Part shown: positions 1-7,668 of the stretch, piece by piece
Numbering within the stretch: position 1 is the stretch's first letter
How the letters are laid out: every line of letters starts with the position of its first letter
Assembly (NCBI GenBank): GCA_002794465.1
Contig: MTSL01000179.1
Coordinates: 43,345 to 57,732 of the forward strand
Length of the DNA stretch: 14,388 nt
DNA from: Paramicrosporidium saccamoebae KSL3
Taxonomy: Eukaryota; Fungi; Cryptomycota
Reading direction: 5' to 3'
Position numbers and translations under genes: made by a program
The notes under the pieces: generated by a model
What the model saw: only the letters and a program-made list of their open reading frames with translations
Told to the model about the DNA's origin: nothing
Database searches by the model: none

Positions 1-2758
1 TCAGATTTCTTGTTCGAGAAAGAAACTCTTCTTAGTAGCACTTGCGAAACCGCAAGTAATAACAGCGCCAAAACACTAAAAACACTCGCAATGATAAAAT
101 GGCTGATGCTTGTTCCAATCTCCAGCCAGCTGCCGTGATCTCGCACCAAAAAGAAAAAGTTTAGCGTCATAATGTCGACGGTTGCCACAACGAGCAGCGG
201 TACAGCCACTGGTGGGATGGCTAGAAGACGGAGTATAGCACCGGTGGCTGCGGAGAGAATGACAATCGGAACAAGTAGCTTGGCGATCAGGAGGGCGGCC
301 ATGAGGAAGGGGGAAAAGACGGTGATCAGACGATAGACGGACGGAAGAGTAAAAGAGGCAATGCTAGCCATGTTGCCCGTGCCGAAAAAGGCCAGGAGGA
401 GAGAGGCCACAAGATTGATTCCAAGAAACTGCATCGTCGCGTCGAATGGCTTGTAGGATGTGCTGGGATCGGTGGGATTTTTAGTCTTGATCCCAATCCA
501 TACGAGAAGCGGGGCAGCAAAACACACGTAGAATAACGGCTCATACCTAAAGAGGTCATGTAAGAGAATGGCGGGTACGCAATGGATAGGAGGATGTAGC
601 CCGGCGCAAAGGTAAGGAATAATCCCAGCAATCTTTCAAACGGATCTTGAACTGGGACAATCAAGAATGGTGTCAGGAACGAATGGGCAAGCAGACCCCA
701 AGCGGCGACTTGGTTGACTGTGGGTAATCCCAATTTGGCCGCGAATAGCGAATCTGCACGATACACCAATCCAGCAGCCAAAACAATGGCAGCCATCCGG
801 AGATACGGCACCCTCATGGCCTTGAAATACGTTAGCGAAAAGGTGAATGCCAGAATGGCTGCAACACCTATAAAGAAGAGGGTTGGATTTGCGTGTTTAA
901 TCGGGTTGATCAGGGGGAAAATGGCCACGGGGATGAACGCGGACCAGAGCACCATCCCTGCAACTGCTTTGGGTGCCTTGATTAGGGCAACCAGACCCAA
1001 CGCTAGGGCGGGCATCACCAATGTCAAAATTGAGCGATGAAAGAAACTAAGCACAAGCAGCTCCATCCCTATAATGTAAAGAGCCATCATTGGCATATTC
1101 TTGCCCACCTCGATAATGTCTGCAAAGGGTGCGGATCCATAAATGTAGAGATCACTTGCAATGCTGTATGCAAACCAAATTGGGAATCCAAAGTAAGAGT
1201 AATATTGTCCCGGTGCGTGCTTCATGTGGAGAAAACTAGCTGCGGCGACACCAAGAGAAATGAATGCTCCCAATAGCGGATATGATCTACGCATGGCAGG
1301 AAAGACGGCTGATTGTTTGGCCAAATACAAGACGGAATAGACCATCCAGCCGACATATCCAAGCGCGACGACTGACTGCAACAGAGCCCAATCGTACTTT
1401 TGGTAGTACTGCAGCCCAGAGAACACTGTCTCGCGGACCGAGACAATGTTATTCAATGCCTCGTCATATTGGCCGCGACTGATCAGAGCATCAATTTTGT
1501 CCAATTGAGTCTTTAATTCTGCGGAAGAGGTGGTAAAGGGACGAAAGAGGGGCTCGTGGTCGGCACGCTCGGCCTCTTTGGCGGCAAGAGTCTTGGAAAT
1601 CTGCCACAAATTGGTCAATGCGGCTCTTGATTGGAACTCCTTGTTGGAGGAGAGGAAACTGACTGGAGTCACACCCTCCGAGTTGGTTGGAATGGGGATG
1701 CCCACAAGGGTGGCCATTAGAGGAGCAAGATCGGCCTGTTTAATGTCGCGACGAAGAACATCTCCCAATTGCCATGGACGCGTGTAATCATCGCTCTGGT
1801 CGTGATCAGTAGCTATTGGTCCAGTAACACCGGCGCCCCAGATGATGAGAGGACAGCGAGTGTTATCGGGATCTCCGTCGCCGTGGACAAAGGCATCGCT
1901 CATACCATGATCAGAGGTAAAGATGTAGGCAGTGGCCTTGTCGTCGTAAAACTCTTCCATCATGGCAACCGCCCTCTTGACTCCTGCATCAACAAAGCGG
2001 ATATTGTCCACATATTCGTGCGAATGTGGTCCAAAGGCGTGTCCGTTAGTGTCACAACCAAGCAAATGCACCAGCATTACCATCTCATCACTGCGCAGCT
2101 TTTCGTCCACCTCCTTATTGTATTTTGCCAATTCAAATGTCTCTCTGAGCGTATCAAATGACCAACGATCCATCTCCTTGGCTTCTTTGGCAAAATCAAT
2201 CATTTCCTCGGAATAATGAAAACTTTGCACTCTCTCCCCAGGGAACAATTCAACAATGTCGGGGGCTCCAAATGCCCATCCATATTTGGCACGTTGCAGG
2301 ACGTGGTCAAACTCTACAGGATTCTTCTTCCAGCCCTTTGTCACTGCACTGACATCTTCGTAGAAACCTGCCAACATGGCCACATGTCCAGGTCGAGATT
2401 CGGTGGGAACGCGGGTATGAGACACTCCCCACACTCCTTTGGTGCGGGCCATCTCCCGCAGGAACGGTGCATGAGGTTGACCATCCGCATCAAATTCAAA
2501 GCATTTATCCGCCCGCAATCCATCGCCCACAAAGAGGACGACACGCTTGGCGGGCGCTGGACGGACTGACTCTGTCGGCGGCAATCCAATCACTAATGGC
2601 GACCGGAAGTAAATGTCAAAGATGCTCAGAATGAAAACGCAATGGAAGAGCAGACCCAGGGCGAGGAATCGCCACACATTCCCGAGCTTGAGCTTATGCA
2701 GCGAACATGACTTTTCACAGTGTTCTGGCTTGAGGGCACTCTGCGCAAGTACCACCAT
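1..2758 (-). CDS. MCD4: GPI ethanolamine phosphate transferase 1 (MCD4/PIG-N); join(<1..546,579..2758), 3' end just outside the window
   Basis: N-terminal TM then SIFDIYFRSPL; alkaline-phosphatase-superfamily motifs VVLFVGDGLRADK, SHTRVPTESRPGHVAMLAGFYEDVSAVTKGWK, HLLGCDTNGH, FTSDHGM. Removing intron 547..578 gives ILLSIAYEPLFY...FFGTGNMASIASFTLPSVYRLITVFSPF...DIMTLNFFFLVRDHGSWLEIGTSISHF, the conserved PigN C-terminus, open to base 1 and ending ...NKKS(D/E). About 908 codons lie in the window. The ATG at 2758 is the likely start but the 5' structure is uncertain. Confidence 0.96.
547..578 (-). other. 32-nt spliceosomal intron in MCD4
   Basis: Minus-strand GTACCCGCCATTCTCTTACATGACCTCTTTAG (GT..AG); its removal joins GC|G TAT GAG (A-Y-E) and shifts into the frame carrying the conserved PigN motifs. 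Confidence 0.93.
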
Positions 2759-2778
2759 CTGAAATGTGACCAGTCGCC

Positions 2779-2831
2779 TGATTGGCCAACACCGCTCGCT
2801 ATGATTGGTGGTGCTCGTTGGAAATGATTGG
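2779..2831. promoter_or_regulatory. Three CCAAT boxes (TGATTGG = CCAATCA) in the divergent promoter between MCD4 and the small secreted protein
   Basis: TGATTGG starts at 2779, 2802 and 2825, exactly 23 bp apart, within the 126-bp gap between the ATGs at 2758 (-) and 2885 (+). It matches the NF-Y/Hap CCAATCA consensus. Confidence 0.6.
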
Positions 2832-2884
2832 TGCGCCGTTTCGGGTATAAGGGGGACCGTTGTCTTGGATGGCCAGATTGTGCT

Positions 2885-3211
2885 ATGAAGATTGTAGTCT
2901 GGCTGGTAGCGCTGATCGCAGTTGCCAGGGCCTCGAATCCTGTTGATGCATTCTTTGGCGATACCAACAACAGCACCAACAACGGTCTGGTGGTCAGAAA
3001 GACGATAAAGGTCCGTCGCGGTGGCGCAGACGAACTTACTGAGGTCCAGGCGGCAATCAAGAAGGACTTTAGCAGTGTCACTCTGGGAGTCAAAAGTATA
3101 ATGGGAATGTACGTAGAGACTACCGAGGAACTGCCAAAGGATTTTGATGAACCTGTAAAGACTTTTCTAACAGAGATTGAAAACAGGTTGGGCTCGATTA
3201 TTGAAAAGTAA
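2885..3211 (+). CDS. Small secreted hypothetical protein (108 aa)
   Basis: The ATG at 2885 begins MKIVVWLVALIAVARA, a classical signal peptide (basic n-region, hydrophobic h-region, A-x-A). The mature part is protein-like, with N-glycosylation sequons in NNST. No family recognised. Confidence 0.8.
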   Translation: MKIVVWLVALIAVARASNPVDAFFGDTNNSTNNGLVVRKTIKVRRGGADELTEVQAAIKKDFSSVTLGVKSIMGMYVETTEELPKDFDEPVKTFLTEIENRLGSIIEK

Positions 3212-3291
3212 ATAAATCTGCACATGAATGTGTGTGTTGAGATTATATCATGAACCTGTACATGAATGTGCGTATTGAGATTATAGCATAA
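3212..3291. repeat. About two copies of a degenerate 38-bp tandem repeat
   Basis: ACATGAATGTGTGTGTTGAGATTATA (3222..3247) versus ACATGAATGTGCGTATTGAGATTATA (3260..3285), 24/26 identical; flanking bases also align at the 38-bp offset. Confidence 0.85.
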
Positions 3292-3444
3292 CACGCCGTA
3301 TTTACACACCCTGTATTGGGGTAGGTGATACAAGGTTAGTACATTGAGATGGTGCATATAAGAACCTTGCATTGATATGGTTCATGTGTAAACTTTGTAT
3401 ACGGTCCTGTATTCAAAACACTGCAAGTTACGACCCTGGCCAAG

Positions 3445-4758
3445 ATGGATAATGCGGCCAAGCGCGGTCGGTCTGCCCGTAATCTGTCAACAGGAGCCAG
3501 TCGTGGTCGTGGAGGACGCGCCAGTGTCTCCAGCAACTCTCGGGGCGCCTCAGCCACTGCCACACCGCAACCATCCCCCACCATGGGAGCAATACGTCCG
3601 TCTGCGCCCACTATGGGCGGCGGTCTCTCTGGCCCCAGCTTCACCAACGACATTCTGAACCATTTGCCTCCCCCAAAGAGACAAGAGATGCTCAACCTGG
3701 TGTCCAGGTTTAGAGGCAAACAAATTTCCATTCAAGAGTTTCTGGGAGTGTCACGGACCCTTCTGGGAGAACAGTTATATGCGGTGCTTGCCCGCGGAAT
3801 GAGCTCGGCAGCACGACCAACGACTACGGGTCGTCCTGGTCCATCAATGCCCAATTTAGGAAATGGATCCAATGCAGCGCCTACTGAAGACGGCGAGTCT
3901 AATGCTAATGGAGGCGAGGACGATTCTGCGGGTGGTTTTGACGTGAACAAGCTGGATAGTACGGCCCTGCAGGATGTAATTCAATATTCGGGGGTGGATT
4001 TAAAGGCAGAGGCAGAGATGCTCATGAAGGGCCATGACTCTTTCCTGTCAGCAGTCAATGTTCCGACAGGAAAGGACCCTCGAATGCATTTTGACTATTA
4101 CATGAACGGCGCTCGCCTGAAAGCATTAGTGACGGCGGCTGTGGTCCCCAAGGGCATCACTGACATGAACGAAGACTGTCTCGACATGATCTCTCTGGCC
4201 GTACAACGGCGACTCGTCAATATTATTTCCGAACTGGTTGATATTAGCAAAAACCGCTGCGAATGGGGCCGTTCGCGCTTTAAAATCAGAATAGACAATG
4301 ACCCAAAGAAGCAGCTCTGGCTGGTGGATCAGTACTTGGCAGGAGAGAATGAGCGGGTAAAGAGTGGTCAGGGCGGTTTGGGTTCCGCTGATTCCCTTGC
4401 CCTTGCCCGTGCCAAGATGAAGCGCACTGAGAAACGCGCTGGAGAAGATGTGGCCGTAAAGACAAAGTTGGCAAATGTCACTGCTGCCGTCGCCACCGGT
4501 TTACAATTGAAATCCTGGATGACTGATCCATCTGCACTTGCCGCTCCCCAGCCACAACACGATGCCTCTCAAGAGACGGGTCCGACTAAGATACCGCTAC
4601 ATTTCTCACAGGCGCCATCCATGACCCCAATTGCTGATCGCGATATGCAAAACATGTTTGCGAGCCGCTGTGTGGCCGTAAAGGATTTGATATACTATGC
4701 AGAGAATGATCCGCATTTGCGGAAATCCAATTTATTACTTACCCTTCTCCAACAGTAA
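3445..4758 (+). CDS. TAF4: Transcription initiation factor TFIID subunit 4 (437 aa), with an N-terminal RST-like helical domain
   Basis: TAF4 motif LQDVIQYSGVDLKAEAEML; histone-fold region YMNGARLKALV...DCLDMISLAVQRRLVNIISELVDISKNR; TKLANVTAAVATG; conserved C-terminal RCVAVKDLIYYAENDPHLRKSNLL. Confidence 0.9.
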   Translation: MDNAAKRGRSARNLSTGASRGRGGRASVSSNSRGASATATPQPSPTMGAIRPSAPTMGGGLSGPSFTNDILNHLPPPKRQEMLNLVSRFRGKQISIQEFLGVSRTLLGEQLYAVLARGMSSAARPTTTGRPGPSMPNLGNGSNAAPTEDGESNANGGEDDSAGGFDVNKLDSTALQDVIQYSGVDLKAEAEMLMKGHDSFLSAVNVPTGKDPRMHFDYYMNGARLKALVTAAVVPKGITDMNEDCLDMISLAVQRRLVNIISELVDISKNRCEWGRSRFKIRIDNDPKKQLWLVDQYLAGENERVKSGQGGLGSADSLALARAKMKRTEKRAGEDVAVKTKLANVTAAVATGLQLKSWMTDPSALAAPQPQHDASQETGPTKIPLHFSQAPSMTPIADRDMQNMFASRCVAVKDLIYYAENDPHLRKSNLLLTLLQQ

Positions 4759-5248
4759 ACTTGTGAGAGCGTCAGGAAGTTGCAGAATGTCCGTACTTGA
4801 AGACGTTTGATTGTCTGCGTTCCCCCAACGATTGATCAGTTTTGTCCGTAGATTTGGTAATTTAACAACAATAATTCACTTGTTCAGTCCTAGCGATTGG
4901 TGTAAGATCTGTCGAGGCTATGAAGAATTTGATGAAAAGTCGGAGATATGCAATGTAAGAGTTAATTTGCTCTCTACTAAGTTGGGGTAGCAGTGTGTTT
5001 GTCTGTCAGTTGGTAATAAATCGCAGTGACCAGGTCTATGCTGTATTTCCTACTGGGCAATGCACGTCCATGGAATCAATCTATTACGTGGCGAGATATG
5101 TCAACAACGCAAGAATCTGCATTGGGCCGCCTGTAACAACAAATTCCCCCATCGCTATTCAACGTACTATTCGCTCTCTCTCCTTAACAATAATTAATGC
5201 CCACCCAGTACCCCTTGTCCAATTGGAAAACATAAAAGTTTCTACACA

Positions 5249-5520
5249 ATGGATTGTGCAGTTTGCAAGGTCATATCCACTGCGGCTATTGCGGGTGCAT
5301 CGGGATATTTATTCTATTCAGCCCGTCGTACACCGCGCTATTCGTTCTTTTTGAATGTCGCTGGGCTAGGTATTCATCAACTGCAGTGGCATCATGCTGT
5401 GTAGGTATGGGTTTGTTTGCCGTCGCAAACTGGACTATCCGTTCAAGTAGAAACCAAAACGTTGACACAAATAATGGTATGGATAAACGCACACTTGACA
5501 ACCCTAATAAACCCAAGTAG
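5249..5520 (+). CDS. Spliced DMAC1/TMEM261/Dmo2 (DUF4536)-like small membrane protein, 78 aa; join(5249..5369,5405..5520)
   Basis: Spliced product MDCAVCKVISTAAIAGASGYLFYSARRTPRYSFFLNVAGLGMGLFAVANWTIRSSRNQNVDTNNGMDKRTLDNPNKPK*. The N-terminal D-C-x-x-C-K/R motif, a G-x-x-G-Y hydrophobic helix and a second TM helix are the DUF4536 pattern as I recall it. Not in the ORF track because the intron splits it. Confidence 0.78.
5370..5404 (+). other. 35-nt spliceosomal intron in the DMAC1-like gene
   Basis: GTATTCATCAACTGCAGTGGCATCATGCTGTGTAG; phase 1. Unspliced reading stops at the TAG at 5402..5404; splicing completes the second TM helix and reaches the stop at 5520. Confidence 0.78.
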
Positions 5521-5532
5521 CCCACTCGATTG

Positions 5533-5539
5533 TGATTGG
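5533..5539. promoter_or_regulatory. CCAAT box upstream of ITFG1
   Basis: TGATTGG lies in the 62-bp gap between the DMAC1-like stop (5520) and the ITFG1 ATG (5583). The extended TGATTGGTGCG is identical to 2825..2835. Confidence 0.45.
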
Positions 5540-5582
5540 TGCGTGCCGTGCATTAATAGCCAGTAGCCGGCCAGCGCGGCCC

Positions 5583-7568
5583 ATGGCATCGCTTCTCGCC
5601 CTGCTCATACTCCTTCGCAGTGTCCATTGCGAATGGGATGAAATTCCCGAGCTGCTTCCCAATGAAGAGGGCAGTCTCGTGTCCGTCCCACTGGGTCTTC
5701 CCGAGGCGGGCCATGTCCTTGCATTTGGACACTTTACGGCGGACAGGAGACTGGACTGTCTGGTGTTGGGACAGATGGGAAACCAGCTGTCAGTGTATAT
5801 TATGAAGCCATCCGACGGTCTTTATTACAAAAGTCTAGCCACGGCAGTAGTGCCGCAGGACGAAGTGATTATTGGAGCAATTATGAGCGACTTTGACCAC
5901 GACGGATGGGCGGATGTGTTGGTTATGCATCGTCCCCGAAGCAGAACATCAAAAAACACAAAACTCACCCTCTTCTTGGGCGACGGAGAGAGTCTTCGAC
6001 AGGCGAATTGGGATATTGCGCCCGCTCGAGATGAAGTGTTCCCAGTGGATTTTATGGGAAATCTGCAGTTGTCGCTGTTTGGAGTGACGCAGAATTCAAA
6101 AGACGCAACACCGTCCCTGTGGCAAAATAGTGCTCTCCGACGCGATGAAGTGAGCAAAGGATTCATGGAGCCATTCCCTCTGGCCACAATTGATAAACTT
6201 GCTATTCCTGGCTGGCACGCCCAGACTGACTTTAATGGCGATGGCCGGGCTGATTTGTTGCTAATGATGTCTGAGGAGAAGACGACGTTACCTATTGCGT
6301 TTGAGATTTGGCAGAGAGAAACGTACAAAGACGAAAAAGTTGCACCCTATACCATGGCGGGCCGCTATGTCCTGCCAAGGGGAACAGGCCCATTAACTGT
6401 TACTGATGTGGACGGCGACGGCCATGCCGATGTGGTGTTTGTCGTATGCGATCCACCCACCACTTGTGCCGACGAGAATTCTCTACACATTATGTTCAAC
6501 ATTCAACGTCGCTTCTGTTCAAGACACCATGCAGAGGAAGGTTGCAAAACGCCTGATGAACATTTATTCAACCCCAACGGCGAATCGTTCAAATTTGACT
6601 CTGCGGCAGGGACTGCAGATCATATAGTGTTGACGGCAAAGACGCTGTTCCCTGGCGAAGATGTGCGATTCTCCTTTGAGGATCCAAGTAACAATCTTCC
6701 AGTGTCGCTAAGTGTGGGTGACTTTGACCTTGACTCTTATCCGGATCTTGCAGTAGTCCTTGCGGACCGGTCTAATCCGACTCAGAAGGATAAACATCGT
6801 GCTGCCATTCTGCACAATATGCCCTGCGTGGAGGGAATGTGCACAGCCGCACAAATTACTGCAAGACGAAGGACATTTGTGGAGGCGCTAAAGGGAATGG
6901 AAGCAGTTCGGACGTTGCGAGGTGTCTCCTCCATTGCCTTTGCCGATTGGTACAGTATGGGCGCCCCCGGATTTCTGGTCAATTTGTATGATTCGGCTGG
7001 AAAGACGACCCATCGATCAATCAAGAACGCCATCTCCCGGGATGCCTTTTCGCTCCGCACAGAAACACTAAATGGCGTATGTCCTGCGCCTTGCAAGGCC
7101 ATTAAGACGGGCTCAGCGTCGGAACGTCCGGTGGGAGTGAATTATGTGGGCGCATCGTGTCGTTTCTCTTTTGTGGATCCGGATGGAGCCACGCAGATCC
7201 GTTCCGGTACGCAGCTTTCTCAGACAGCCCATCGTGCTCTGCAATCGTCCACTCTTCTCTTTGGTTTGGGCCGTACCTCCAACTTTGTGCAAACCCTCGA
7301 AGTTGCCACGCCGGGTCTCGATAGCTATGCCAAGAACAACATTTTCCCCAATTCGGAGATTATGTTTGTTCCACCACATGCTGATGCCGGTTGGCGTGCC
7401 GAGCTGCAGATCAATCCGGGTGAGTATTTGATCTTTGTTGGTATCTCTGTGGCTGTGGCACTGGTGGTGTTGGCCATCATCACGGCCATCTTCAAGTGGC
7501 AGGAGAGGAGGGAGGATGAAATTGAGCGGAGAAAGGCCACCCATCTGATCAACTTTGATGCTCTGTAA
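5583..7568 (+). CDS. ITFG1: T-cell immunomodulatory protein / LINKIN (ITFG1 family), FG-GAP repeat type I membrane protein (661 aa from ATG 5583)
   Basis: Signal peptide MASLLALLILLRSVHC; FG-GAP/VCBS repeats DFDHDGWADVLV, DFNGDGRADLLL, DVDGDGHADVVF, DFDLDSYPDLAV; LFGLGRTSNFVQTLEV and IFPNSEI motifs; C-terminal TM helix; family-typical cytosolic tail ERREDEIERRKATHLINFDAL. Confidence 0.92.
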   Translation: MASLLALLILLRSVHCEWDEIPELLPNEEGSLVSVPLGLPEAGHVLAFGHFTADRRLDCLVLGQMGNQLSVYIMKPSDGLYYKSLATAVVPQDEVIIGAIMSDFDHDGWADVLVMHRPRSRTSKNTKLTLFLGDGESLRQANWDIAPARDEVFPVDFMGNLQLSLFGVTQNSKDATPSLWQNSALRRDEVSKGFMEPFPLATIDKLAIPGWHAQTDFNGDGRADLLLMMSEEKTTLPIAFEIWQRETYKDEKVAPYTMAGRYVLPRGTGPLTVTDVDGDGHADVVFVVCDPPTTCADENSLHIMFNIQRRFCSRHHAEEGCKTPDEHLFNPNGESFKFDSAAGTADHIVLTAKTLFPGEDVRFSFEDPSNNLPVSLSVGDFDLDSYPDLAVVLADRSNPTQKDKHRAAILHNMPCVEGMCTAAQITARRRTFVEALKGMEAVRTLRGVSSIAFADWYSMGAPGFLVNLYDSAGKTTHRSIKNAISRDAFSLRTETLNGVCPAPCKAIKTGSASERPVGVNYVGASCRFSFVDPDGATQIRSGTQLSQTAHRALQSSTLLFGLGRTSNFVQTLEVATPGLDSYAKNNIFPNSEIMFVPPHADAGWRAELQINPGEYLIFVGISVAVALVVLAIITAIFKWQERREDEIERRKATHLINFDAL

Positions 7569-7668
7569 CGAGTGGGATGGTAATCCATCCATCTACAAAG
7601 GGATTGTGTTGACACCCAAACGCTGTCAGACTGATGTGCGCGTATCTAATCAATATTTTCTAAGCCGC

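Noticed and set aside
326-578. C-terminal about 83 aa of the 810-aa ORF-track protein
   Set aside because: Read-through of the 32-nt intron; the conserved PigN motifs are in another frame.
714-2569. Plus-strand ORFs over MCD4 (714..1040, 1037..1276, 1530..1787, 1769..2161, 2216..2569 and others)
   Set aside because: Antisense shadows of a strongly conserved gene, with no recognisable motifs.
2626-3372. 248-aa minus-strand ORF
   Set aside because: Antisense to the secreted-protein gene and overlapping MCD4 out of frame; composition not protein-like.
4995-5354. 119-aa plus-strand ORF
   Set aside because: GTG start, no motifs, and it overlaps the DMAC1-like exon 1 in a different frame.
7575-7590. 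GGATGG-TAAT-CCATCC hairpin just after the ITFG1 stop
   Set aside because: A 6-bp stem is expected by chance; no U-tract, and intrinsic terminators are not relevant to Pol II genes.
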